Origin: Naegleria gruberi
Taxonomy: Eukaryota
NCBI GenBank assembly: GCA_000004985.1
Contig: GG738871.1
Reading direction: 5' to 3' (one strand)
Length of the DNA: 64,000 nt
In this document: piece by piece, positions 35,457 to 46,151 of the stretch
How the letters are laid out: each line of letters begins with the position of its first letter
Position numbering within the stretch: the first letter of the stretch is position 1
The notes under the pieces: generated by a model
Told to the model about the DNA's origin: nothing
The model's input: the letters and a program-made list of their open reading frames with translations, nothing else
Database searches by the model: none
Translations under genes and position numbers: made by a program

Positions 35457-36778
35457 TTACAACAATGAAGCAATGAAAGAAATCAAAGCAATCAAAAGTA
35501 CAGAGAATGAAGAAACAGAGCTAGAATTAATCTTACTTGATTTTGGTGAGGCCTTTGGTGAAATAGTTGGAGTGACAACATCAGCAGCTGGAGCAGGATC
35601 AACACAAGCATCATTTGGAGAGGACAATGAAATAGCTGAAGGATTTGGAATACCAATAGCAGCAACAGCAATTCTACCACCAGCATTACCAGTAGCAGAA
35701 GTTGAAGTACCATCATCTCTAGTGGTGTGAAGAACCAAACCACGTCCAATAATATTTCTAACACCAGTCAATTCAATCAAATCAACATTGAAATCAAAAG
35801 TAGCAATACCACTATCATCAGCAGTAACGTTACCTAAATCACCAACGTGTCTTTCAGTAGATCCTGGATAACCGTGTGTCTTATTGAATGGATTGAAATG
35901 GCCACCAGTTCTAGTACCATCTGTTAAATCAAGTTCACCATAAGTGTGAATATGCAAACCATGAGTTGATTGAGCAGTCAATCCACAAATTTTACCATAA
36001 ACTCTAGTCAATCCACTACCTGAATTATATGAGAAAATAACTCTACCAGTAACATTACCAGTTGCAGCAGCAGTCTTTTGGAAAACAGCAACACCAATAT
36101 TATCAGTATAAACATCATTATAAGTCATAGTATTAGCAGCATTATTTGCAATACCAATTACACAATGAGCTGCAGGATTACTGGCATTACCAGTTGGTTG
36201 AGCAATTTTACCCAAATCAGCTGCCATATGTAAACGAATAGCTCTACCAACAACACTAATACTTCCATTAAATTGTGGAAGAGTTGAAGTAATAACACCT
36301 GAATATCCCTTTGATAAATCAATATTACCCAAATCACCAATGTGAATATCACTTCCTGTATTATCAGATGGAAGTGCATGATTCTTACCATATGGATTAT
36401 AATGTCCACCAGTTGCAGTAGCATCAGCTAATTTATCATCATTATTATTATTATTATTATTATTAATATATTTGTTACAATATTAAATATATTTGTTACA
36501 ATTAATATTAAAAGTATTTAAAACATACCAATATAACCATATTGATGAATGTGGAATCCTAATGTTTTACCTTGCAAAGCAGTTGGTACAGTTGATTGAT
36601 CCAATGACCAAGCAACACTTGTAGTTCCATCACTTGATTGTGTGAAATAAACTGCTCCTTTTAATCCTTTAGCATAGGTTGTACCTCTCAAGAGACAATG
36701 AGCAATTTGACCATTAATTGATGAAATTAATGAAGCAATGAGAACAAGCAATGTAATTAATAGTAATTTAGAATTCAT
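35457..36778 (-). CDS. secreted, GPI-anchored tandem Cu/Zn superoxide dismutase (SodC-like); exons 36529..36778 and 35457..36427
   Basis: A signal peptide MNSKLLLITLLVLIASLISSINGQ is present. SOD module 1 spans the 101-nt intron (GFHIHQYGYIG|ADATATGGHYNP). Module 2 is GLHIHTYG...GGHFNPF..THG...ERHVGDLGN...GRGLVLH...GNAGGRIAVAAIGI, with all Cu/Zn ligands present. The C-terminus is S-rich followed by a hydrophobic tail (LLIALISFIASLL), consistent with a GPI signal. Confidence 0.8.
36428..36500. repeat. (ATT)n microsatellite plus direct duplication of atatatttgttacaat inside the SOD intron
   Basis: The sequence attattattattattattattatt and the duplicated 16-mer are read directly. Confidence 0.5.
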
Positions 36779-36941
36779 TTTGTTGTTTTTTTTATAAAGC
36801 TGATTGTTGCAACTTTCAACGTTCAACAACAACTAATTGGCATTGATTGACATTATGAATTGGTTCGATGTTGTTCATTCACACAAATATTCAATTCAAC
36901 TTGTTGAAAATTATCGAGCTGGTAAGTTGGATTCTCAAAGA

Positions 36942-36958
36942 GGCGCGAATTTTGGCGC
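36942..36958. promoter_or_regulatory. double E2F-like element GGCGCGAATTTTGGCGC ~165-180 bp upstream of the SOD gene start
   Basis: Read directly. The element contains TTCGCGCC in reverse and TTTGGCGC. Confidence 0.35.
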
Positions 36959-37680
36959 TCTCAATTTTTCACCAATTATTAGACCTGACATTTGGCAGAT
37001 TGATGCTTCCAAATCGGGTATGTGAGGTCAAGGAGGAAAATTGATACTGTTGTTTTGGATTTAATAGTGCATTAATAAGCCTACTAGTTTCTGGTAGTGA
37101 ACAGACAATCAAATATTTCACATTCAATAGTTAATATTTAACATTATTCGAAAGTGAAATGAGCTTTGAATTTCTAATAAAAATGATGGAATATGAATAA
37201 GAAACTCTAGTGATATGATTGTAATGATGTTGAAGAAACTAGAAGTGATGGTCTCATCAATTTTTTCTCAAATGGCAACAAAGAATTTCTAATAACATAT
37301 TCGAACGAAAGATTCTCATATTATTATTTATTTCCTATGTTGTATAAAAATTACAATCACACTAGATCTTTACAACACTTACAGTTTTTTTTTTACCATA
37401 CCTCCTCAATAGTTAGTCAACCAAATTCTAATAACTTACTTGAGGTCGTGCTATTTAATTTCCAATTAGAAAGTTGAGCAATAGAAAGGCGCACAATTAT
37501 ACATTTGATCCGACACCTCATTGCAGGGTGTAATTGTCCATTCTTTATTATCAACATGTTTTTGACATCCAACTTGAAAAAATTGTTGTCATATATTATC
37601 TATATTATTAGAAAGCAAAAAAGTCACTAAATTTGTTTTTGATATAGAGAATTGGTACCCTATAAAAGTGACATCTTTAA

Positions 37681-37800
37681 AATTATTCAAGAAAATACAT
37701 CATCATCATTATCAGCAGAATCATTAATTTATTATCATCATCATTGTCATCATCAATAATTTTATAATTGAAATTAATAATAATAATAATAATCGGTAGT
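37681..37800. repeat. (CAT)n/(AAT)n microsatellite cluster in the FtsX-gene upstream region
   Basis: Runs of catcatcatcat..., atcatcatcattgtcatcatca and aataataataataataat are read directly. Confidence 0.4.
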
Positions 37801-37821
37801 GATTGTCGGAGTTAATAATTC

Positions 37822-40800
37822 ATGTCTTTAAAAAAAAATATTCAGATATTGGTGGATCGTTTAGATTCAACACTCTCTGTGAATTCATCCTCCGATCATC
37901 ATCAAGATCTTAGTAATTATCCTCTTCATATTGAAGATCAATCAGAGGATAACAATAATATTGAACAAGAATTAATAACAGAGAGTCCAACATCTATTTC
38001 AAGACATCAACTCATGTTTAATAGTGGTGGTGCTAATAATAATCACAATCATAATCATAATGGTATGGATCATGATGATGAATTTGATGAAGATTCATTA
38101 TTATTATCCAACAATAATGGAAGTGTAAATAATTATCAAGATGACGACGTTGTGTTAAATTCCTATTTGAATGAAAGGACAATTGGTGATTTAACAAAGA
38201 AACCCTATATTCCATTAAAACAAGATAGAAAGAAAATGACTCGATTACAAAATATTTATTACATGTTTTTACAATACATGATGTTTACTTGGAAGGAAGT
38301 TTCAAAACGTAAAGTTTCATATTTGATTGGAACTGCGAGTTGTTTTGTTGTAGTTTGGATGATTATGGTTTCAGTTTCTGCACTTTCACAAGTTCCTTTG
38401 GTGTTTATTCGTTTGGCAGAGTTACAAGTTGGTGAATTTGATTTTAAATTGAAAACTGGCATTAATATGGCAGGTATTTCACTAAATTATACAAGAATTA
38501 ATTTACAAATTCAAAATGCTACAAGAGGTAATCCTGAAATGACTCAACAATTTTCATATCATTCACCTAGATTTACATTTAGTACAAGGGCATTTACAAA
38601 TTGTGAAAGTATAACACAAGATTTATCTATTTTTAAATATCAAGATTTTAAATGGATGTATAATTCAACAAGTAGTTCATGTGGTTTGAGAGAAAATCAA
38701 AAATCCATTCAATCATCCGATTATAATAATGGACAATATTGTGTTCCAATTGATTGTAAAAAAGTTGCTGAAAGATTATCACTTTATTTAATTGATACTG
38801 ATAAAGAACGTAGAATGCAATTCGGAAGAACTTATCCATATTCAAAATTGGAAAAGGGGAAGGCAATTATTGGTTCTGGTCTTGCTGAAACATTATCTGT
38901 TAAAAAAGGTGATACTATTCTATTGAATATTCAAACAATGAATAGCTTTACTGGACCATATCGTGATTCTCACATGATTGGTTATGTCTATCCAAAGGCA
39001 AAAGGATCATTGGAAAAATTAATACCAAAACAAATACAAGAGCTATTGGATAGTAATGAATTTCATGAATTTGAAAGAAAGAATATAAGATCACAAGCAA
39101 TTCTCAATGAAATACTTGAAGAGAAATATTCTGATTTATTCGATGAGGATCAAGCATTGAAAAATAGAAGACTTACATTCAATGGTGGTGCCACTTACAT
39201 TCCAGTAATTGTTGAAGATGTTGCCAATAATGCATATGGAAAATATCAATCAACGAATTTGGAAAATGCAATTATTATGGAATATGATTCATTACTTGCT
39301 CATGTTGCAGAGTTTTTGAATGAAGATCTCTTTTCCAAATCAGAAAAGTCAACTCTTTCACAATTAGATTTGTATGATTATGCCAGTGAAGTTTATGTTA
39401 ATTATCCACCAAATAGATTAACTGCCTATAATGAAAATGATTACAAAGTGATTAGAGAAAAGATTACAAAATTTGCTTCCACTTCAATGTATTTAATGGG
39501 TTTTAATCAACTTTCATCAAGTTTCCCAATATTGGAAATGATGGAAGTTACACAATTTTTTGCCCTCTTTGTTGGTTTAATTATTTCAATCATTTTAATT
39601 GTTTTGTGTTTACTTTCTGTTGTATTAATTTACAGTTTGTTAATGATTAATGTTGAAAATAGAAGATATGAAATGGGTTTATTGAGAATGATTGGTTTAA
39701 AGAGAAGAAATCTTGTTGAACTCATTCTAGTTCAAGCCATGTGGTATGGTATTCCAGCTTGGATTTTAGGGTTAATCATTGGTCAATTATCTTATTCTGT
39801 AGTTGCAATTTTGCTTAGTACTCAATTGGAAGCAAACGTTTCATATATTGTCTCTGGTGAAGCTTTTGCATTGGCAACATTCCTTGGCTTGACTGTTCCT
39901 GTTTTATCTGCCATTTTACCAATCAAGACAGCCCTCGGTCAAAATTTACACGATTCACTCGATACTCAAAGATCAGGAACAGCAGCTGTTAAATATTCAA
40001 TTGAAAGAGCTGAGGGAGAATCCATCTCATGGACATCTATTGTTATGGGTGTTGTTGGTATAATTTTTGGTTTTTCAGTTTATTATGTCATGCCACTCAG
40101 TATGCTTACATTTAATATTACAATTATGATGTACATGTTTATGGCTGTTATTTTGGCCATGTTATTGGGTTTAGTTTTATTGAGTTTGAATTTTGAAAAT
40201 ATTATTGAATTTATTGTAGTTTTATTTACCATTAGAATATTTGAAAAAGTATCAGTTATTGATCTAGTTGAAAAGAATCTAATTGCTCATCGTGAGAGAA
40301 ATAGAAAGACAACTCTAATGTTTTCATTGAGTTTGGGTTTTATTATATTTTCATCTGTTTTATTCAATACACAAATTACAGCATTCAAATATAATGTAAT
40401 GAGAGGTGCAGGAACAGAACTCATTGTTGGTACCAGTAGATTGAATGCATTTGCTCAGAATCCAAATATCATTGGAACTATACAGGAATTTGCTGATAAT
40501 AATCCTAATTGGTTTGTTGGATCCACTTATTGGACATTTGATTTAACAAGAGTTACATCACCAATTGATAATACTAAAATAAGAACTGATGGTGGTCTTG
40601 TTAATAATGATATTTATATTCGTGCCATTGCTCCAAACTTTTTTAATATTACAAATTCAAAGTTTTTAAGAATTGATGAAAGAATTCAACCTGAAAATAA
40701 GACAGTATTTACAAAATATAAGAGTAATTTAGATGAATATTTATATACTGTTGAAGGAAGTAGTCAATTAATATTAGGAACTTATTTTAAATCAAATTTA

Positions 40801-41592
40801 GGAGTTAATATCAAAGATACAGCTGTTCTTCAAATTACTGAATCAACTTCAAGAATGCCAAATTATAGATATGAATTATTCCAAGTTGGTGCTTTTTTGA
40901 GTGCATGTCCAGTAGCTCTCTATTCTGAATTTCCAAGATTTGGAACACAAAATTTACTTGTCAGTGTTCCAACCTATTTACGTCTCCTTGGAAAGAATTC
41001 AAATTATACAGCAACAAGTCTTCCAATTGATGCTGTCTTTTTAAAATTAACTGAAAATGCAAAGAATAATAAGGCTGAATTTAGAAAGTTGAGATCTACT
41101 CTCCAACGTGTCATTAGTCCATTCCCAGGACTATTCATTAGAGATATTAGTCAAGAATTAGATCCAGTTGAAATTGCAGTTTCAGTCATGAACTTTTTCT
41201 TCCTCTTCACAGCAGCAGTTGCCCTCGTCATTTGTTTCTTTAGTTTAATTTCTAGCATGTATAGTAATATTAATTCACAAGCAAAGGAAATTGGAATTTT
41301 AAGAGCTATTGGAATGAAGAAATTTGCAATTATTAGAGTTTACATTTATGAGGCATTTGTTTTGATATCAGCTGCTGCAGTTTCTGGTGTGGCCATTGGT
41401 TTGGCTATTGGACAAACTATGGCTATGCAAAATACCTTAATTACAGAATTACCAATTGATTTTGTATTTCCTTATCAAATTGTTGCACTTGTACTTGGAA
41501 GTGCAATTATTTTTAGTTTCTTTTCTTCCTTCTTCCCTATTTATTCACTTGTTAATATGCCAATTGTTAGCGTTTTGAAAAAACTTAATTAA
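37822..41592 (+). CDS. bacterial-type duplicated FtsX/MacB-like ABC-transporter permease (two [TM - large extracytoplasmic domain - 3-4 TM FtsX] units), with eukaryote-style low-complexity N-terminal extension; intronless
   Basis: FtsX-like modules end each half: ...LLRMIGLKRRNLVELILVQAMWYGIPAWILGLIIGQ... and ...GILRAIGMKKFAIIRVYIYEAFVLISAAAVSGVAIGLAIGQ... Each is preceded by a ~350-aa hydrophilic loop. The N-terminal 170 aa are N/H/D-rich. The ORF is 1256 aa. Confidence 0.7.
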   Translation: MSLKKNIQILVDRLDSTLSVNSSSDHHQDLSNYPLHIEDQSEDNNNIEQELITESPTSISRHQLMFNSGGANNNHNHNHNGMDHDDEFDEDSLLLSNNNGSVNNYQDDDVVLNSYLNERTIGDLTKKPYIPLKQDRKKMTRLQNIYYMFLQYMMFTWKEVSKRKVSYLIGTASCFVVVWMIMVSVSALSQVPLVFIRLAELQVGEFDFKLKTGINMAGISLNYTRINLQIQNATRGNPEMTQQFSYHSPRFTFSTRAFTNCESITQDLSIFKYQDFKWMYNSTSSSCGLRENQKSIQSSDYNNGQYCVPIDCKKVAERLSLYLIDTDKERRMQFGRTYPYSKLEKGKAIIGSGLAETLSVKKGDTILLNIQTMNSFTGPYRDSHMIGYVYPKAKGSLEKLIPKQIQELLDSNEFHEFERKNIRSQAILNEILEEKYSDLFDEDQALKNRRLTFNGGATYIPVIVEDVANNAYGKYQSTNLENAIIMEYDSLLAHVAEFLNEDLFSKSEKSTLSQLDLYDYASEVYVNYPPNRLTAYNENDYKVIREKITKFASTSMYLMGFNQLSSSFPILEMMEVTQFFALFVGLIISIILIVLCLLSVVLIYSLLMINVENRRYEMGLLRMIGLKRRNLVELILVQAMWYGIPAWILGLIIGQLSYSVVAILLSTQLEANVSYIVSGEAFALATFLGLTVPVLSAILPIKTALGQNLHDSLDTQRSGTAAVKYSIERAEGESISWTSIVMGVVGIIFGFSVYYVMPLSMLTFNITIMMYMFMAVILAMLLGLVLLSLNFENIIEFIVVLFTIRIFEKVSVIDLVEKNLIAHRERNRKTTLMFSLSLGFIIFSSVLFNTQITAFKYNVMRGAGTELIVGTSRLNAFAQNPNIIGTIQEFADNNPNWFVGSTYWTFDLTRVTSPIDNTKIRTDGGLVNNDIYIRAIAPNFFNITNSKFLRIDERIQPENKTVFTKYKSNLDEYLYTVEGSSQLILGTYFKSNLGVNIKDTAVLQITESTSRMPNYRYELFQVGAFLSACPVALYSEFPRFGTQNLLVSVPTYLRLLGKNSNYTATSLPIDAVFLKLTENAKNNKAEFRKLRSTLQRVISPFPGLFIRDISQELDPVEIAVSVMNFFFLFTAAVALVICFFSLISSMYSNINSQAKEIGILRAIGMKKFAIIRVYIYEAFVLISAAAVSGVAIGLAIGQTMAMQNTLITELPIDFVFPYQIVALVLGSAIIFSFFSSFFPIYSLVNMPIVSVLKKLN

Positions 41593-41923
41593 AATCTTTA
41601 ATTTTCATTCATAGATTCTTTTTGAAAGTATTTGAAAATGAAGTGGACAAACTATTTGTCCATTCAATGAAACTCTAAATTGATCAACCACCATGAAAGA
41701 AACTCAGTAACTCAGCCGCTAAGTTTCGAATATGGAGGAATTTGATAGGGTTGAAATCAGTTGAATGTTAGAATAGTACGCACGAGAAGTTTTTCCAATA
41801 TTTCCATCATGTCCACGTTCAAATTTCATAATTTAGAAAATGGAAACGCACATTAATTCAATATTTAAAATGTTTTAAGAAGATGGACAATTTCAACTGA
41901 ACAGTTCAAAACAGAGAAAGAAA

Positions 41924-42982
41924 ATGAGTCAACAACAACAAGAAGAATATAAAAGTGTTATTATTACTGGTTGTAACAGTGGAATTGGTTTGGAAGCAGT
42001 GAGACAATTGTTGAGAGAAGAATGGGATTCGAATAGAAAAACTAAACATATTGTAATGGCATGTAGAGGTGTTGAGTTATCAAATAGTGAAATGGAAACG
42101 TTTATTCAAGATTATTTGAAGGAACATCCTGAAAGAAACGAAACTGAACTAAAGAGTCAAATTACAGCTTTGAAACTTGATTTGGCATCGTTCAAATCAA
42201 TTCATCAATTTGTTTCAGAAATCAAATCCTTAATTGACAGTTCCAAAATTCCACCTCTTCATTCACTTGTTTGTAATGCAGGTTTACAATATGCAAACAA
42301 ATTAGTTTTGACAGAAGAAGGTTATGAGGCCACATTTGGAGTCAACCATCTTGGACATTTCTTATTAATTAATTTGTTGCTTCCATTATTTACAAAGTCA
42401 ACCAATTCAAAGAATAGAATTGTAATTGTATCAAGTGATACTCACGATAGAACAAAATTTACAGGAATGCCAGTTCCAGAATTTGAAACCGCTGAAAAGT
42501 TAGCAATCATTTCCACTGATTCTGATACAGAGCAAGATAATAGCAAATTGGGTAGAGTTAGATATACTACATCCAAGTTCTGTAATATTTTATGTGCCTA
42601 TGAATTGGTTACTAGATTGCAATCTCATCCAATTTATAGAGATCAATTTACAGTCAATTCTTTTAATCCAGGTTTTGTTCCTACTACAGGTTTATCAAGA
42701 GATTATAACAAGTTTTTGAGAGCTATTGCAAGAAATGTTTTACCTTTATTGAGATTTGTTCATAGTGGTGTTAGAACATTGGAAGTTTCTGGTTATGATT
42801 TGAAACAATTAATTATTGATAGAAATCTTGAAAACGTAACTGGAAAATATTTTGATGGAAGTAATATGATTGATTCATCACCTGATACATATAATACTAC
42901 AATTCAAAATGAATTGTGGGAAGATAGTATCAAATTAATCATTGCAAAATCTGATATCATCTCAAAAACAAACTTCTTGTAA
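41924..42982 (+). CDS. short-chain dehydrogenase/reductase (RDH/WWOX/POR-like SDR)
   Basis: The cofactor motif is VIITGCNSGIGLE. NAG is present in LVCNAGL. The catalytic YxxxK is YTTSKFCNILC. Confidence 0.8.
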   Translation: MSQQQQEEYKSVIITGCNSGIGLEAVRQLLREEWDSNRKTKHIVMACRGVELSNSEMETFIQDYLKEHPERNETELKSQITALKLDLASFKSIHQFVSEIKSLIDSSKIPPLHSLVCNAGLQYANKLVLTEEGYEATFGVNHLGHFLLINLLLPLFTKSTNSKNRIVIVSSDTHDRTKFTGMPVPEFETAEKLAIISTDSDTEQDNSKLGRVRYTTSKFCNILCAYELVTRLQSHPIYRDQFTVNSFNPGFVPTTGLSRDYNKFLRAIARNVLPLLRFVHSGVRTLEVSGYDLKQLIIDRNLENVTGKYFDGSNMIDSSPDTYNTTIQNELWEDSIKLIIAKSDIISKTNFL

Positions 42983-43033
42983 AGAGCTAATACCTTAATA
43001 TTTATATTTAATAAATTATTTATTTTACAAAAT

Positions 43034-45587
43034 TTAGAAGGTTGGTTCTTCTTCTTCAGCGTCAGCAGCTTTTTCATCATCAGTTGCATCAGCATCTTTT
43101 TCAGTCATTTTTACATCATTATCTTCATCCTTAGATTCTTCTGGTTTCTCAGCTTCTTCTTCCTCTCCCTCATCCTTCTTTTCTTCTTTCTTCTTACCCT
43201 CTTTCTTTTCTTCCTTCTTCTTAGTTTCTTTCTTCTTGGTATCTTTCTTTTCCTCCTTTTTAGTTTCCTTCTTTTCAGAAATTTTCTTTGTTTTCTTCTT
43301 TGTTGATTCAATTTTAGGAGATTCTTCAATTGGTTTAACTTCATAAGGAGTGAAATCTGAAGGTAATTGATAATTACTTATAGTATCAAGAAGCCATTTC
43401 TCATTTACCATATGACAAGATACAGATGATTTTGCACTTTCAGGTTCACTAACAATACAATATTGAGCTGCTCTTAAAGTATTTACACATTTTCCACCTA
43501 ATAATTCAATTAATCTCTTTAAATGTTTAGCAGGAGGTTTACAATTACTTGAAACATGAATAATTAAACCAGATAATAAAAGAAGTGAACCTTTCTTCTT
43601 TTCTTCTGTATCATCACTTGTTTGTTCTTCAGCTTCTTCACCATCTATTGAACTTGAAGATTTTCTTGATTTTCTCTTCTTTTTATCTTCTTCTGATTGA
43701 ATTAATGATCTTGATTTAGCTGAAATTTCTGAAAAATCAACTGAATATGGTTCTTCATCAACTTTTTTACCTTCTTTTTCACATGCATAAAACCAATCAA
43801 CTGTAACAATATAAGCACCAAAAGCAATTGCATAAAGTACTTTGAGTGTTCTTCTACATTTTTCATCTTTTGGAACAATTAAATGTGTAAAATATTGACC
43901 ATTATAATCTTCAAAATTGAAATTTCTATCATGTGGAGTTGCCCATGAAAAATCATTCATAATTCTTTTTGGTAATTTCTTCTTAATTATACCTGTTTCT
44001 TCATTCTTTGAAATTTCAGGTTCACTATCAATTCTTGATTGCATTGTATGAATCATTTTAAATTTATCTTCATCACCAACAGAAGACATTTCAATAATAT
44101 ATTTACCCTTAGTTGGTTTCTTAATTGCTTCAACAGGTGATTGAACATCAAAACCAGTAAAATCAAATTTTAAAATATTTCCTTCTTCATCAATTGAATC
44201 TGCTTCATCGTTATCAAAATAATCATCTTCATCATCTTCATCATCATCCCAAATTTCTGTTTCTTTCTTTGGTGTTGATTTTTTAGCTGCTTCTGGATGT
44301 AATTTTAAAAATTCTTCTTTTGCTTTTGTTGCTTTTTCATTATATGGTTTCTTTTCATCTTCTGATAAAGTTTTCCATAATTTACCTGCATCTGCAACTG
44401 ATAAATCCTTACTTTCTTTTTTTTTCTCTGCAACAAAAATATTATATGCACTTGGAGGTCTCTTTGGTTCTTTCTTTTCACTTGATGATTCTTTCTTTTC
44501 TTTCTTTTTCTTTTCATCATCTTTCTTTTCTTTCTTCTTTTTATCATCTTTAGTTTTATCATCAGTTGATTTCTTTGTGGTTGTAGTCTTTTTCTTTTCA
44601 TCATCATCTTTCTTTTTAGAATCTGAAGCCTTCTTTACAGTTGTTGTTTTACCAGTTGTTGTTGTCTTTGATTTATCATCAGTAGTTTTCTTCTTGTCAT
44701 CTTTATCCTTTGATGAACTAGCCTTTGTAGCAGTAGTAGATTTTGATCCTTTTGATTTATCATCCTTTGATTCACTTTCTTCTTTATCTTCTTTTTCTTC
44801 TTCATCATTCTTATCGGAAGATTTCTTAGTTGTTGTTTTACCAGTTGTTGTCTTTGATTTGTTATCTGTTGTAGACTTTGTTGTTGTTTTTAGTCTTTTT
44901 CTTTGCAGGTTCACTATCTTCTTCCTTCTTTTCTTCTTCATCACCTTCCTTTGATGATTCTTTTTCTTCTTCATCTTCTTTTTCTTCACCTTTCTTCTTC
45001 TTATCGGAAGCTTTTGTTGTTTTAGTACTAGTCTTTGATTTATCACTTGCAGCATCATCTCCTTTCTTTCTTTTACCTGATTCTGGTTCTTCTGGTTTAT
45101 GTTTAGATTCAATTGAAATTACTTTCTTTTGTTTTACACAATCATTAACCCATGCAGGATTTACAATTTTGATCTTATCACTTTCAGAAGCCTTCTTATA
45201 ATTTTGTGCTTTTCCTTTCAAGAATATTAAATGTGTAACCTTATCGGACCATCTTTTTAAAACTGATGCACCATCTTCTTCTAATTTTGATATAATTGCT
45301 TCACTTCCTTCATTACCAGTTGATGATGAAATATCTAAATAAAAAGTAAGACCTTTAAATAAACCATCTTTCTTTTTTGTTGTTGTTTTCTTTTTATCAT
45401 CTTTAGTTTCCTTTGATTTTGTTGTAGTTTTCTTTGAAGAAGCCTTTGATGATGATGATTTTTCTGTTGATTCTTCGTCATTTTCACTTGTAATAACAAC
45501 TTCTTCCATTTCATCAGTAGTTTCTGTTGCTGTCATTTCTTCGTCTTGTTCGTCCTTTTTGTTTTTTGTTTGTTTCTTTGGAGCCAT
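43034..45587 (-). CDS. nuclear BRCT-domain + HMG-box protein with very long K/E/T-rich low-complexity regions; reading frame switches within 44862..45112 (frameshift or unresolved intron)
   Basis: An N-terminal BRCT is present (GLTFYLDISS...THLIFLKG...IKIVNPAWVNDC). An HMG box is present (PKRPPSAYNIFVAEKK...LWKTLSEDEKKPYNEKA). C-terminal BRCT-like modules are present (YAIAFGAYIVTVDWFYAC; LLLLSGLIIHVSS...AQYCIVSEPE). Two overlapping ORFs in different frames both encode plausible K/E-rich sequence. Confidence 0.55.
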
Positions 45588-45675
45588 TTTCTAGATCAAT
45601 TTAACTCTATTTTTTTTCGTTTGTTTTGTGGAATCCAGAGTGTTTTGGAAAACTTGTTATGAACGTTACAACCAA

Positions 45676-45730
45676 TTTGGCGCAACTTTTAAAAATCGAG
45701 TAAAAACTAGCCTTGAAAAGGCGCAAATTT
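45676..45730. promoter_or_regulatory. two E2F-like sites (TTTGGCGCAA at 45676..45685; AAAGGCGCAAATTT at 45717..45730) 90-140 bp upstream of the BRCT/HMG gene start
   Basis: Read directly. Confidence 0.35.
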
Positions 45731-46151
45731 TCATGTAAGAAAAACATAAAGAAAACATGCATTTATGTTCTCGTGAAAAGCTCATCATCATTAAATTGAA
45801 CTTCTTTTGTTATTAGAGCGAGGAAACACACTAGGTATTGGCAAAAGAATTGAACTACAGATTACGGATGTTGTGATCATCACTCCAATCTAGTCTCACA
45901 AATCATGATTTTAATTAATTTTAATCTTCAAGTACACATTTGCAGCTCATTTTGATTGACCAAATAAATAGACACCATCAACAAACCAAATGGTTCCGAA
46001 AGTGCAATTACAATTTGAAGAGTCTGCAAAACTTACTATGCACTGAGGTGATAATCTCCTCAAGCTTGCTAATTAATATTGGACATTAATCTGAATAAAG
46101 CCTTTGCTTGGTGGTGATAATAATATTTTCAAAAATTGCGAAGAAAAAAAA

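Noticed and set aside
36837-37025. 62-aa ORF upstream of the SOD gene
   Set aside because: It spans the double E2F-like element, so it is a promoter region. It has no coding compositional signature.
43111-45201. Multiple antisense and alternate-frame ORFs (e.g. 43111..43344, 44305..44607, 44320..44553, 44577..44954, 44878..45201) inside the BRCT/HMG gene
   Set aside because: These are artefacts of K/E/R- and S/F-rich low-complexity DNA, which stays open in several frames. Only the frames carrying the BRCT and HMG motifs are credible.
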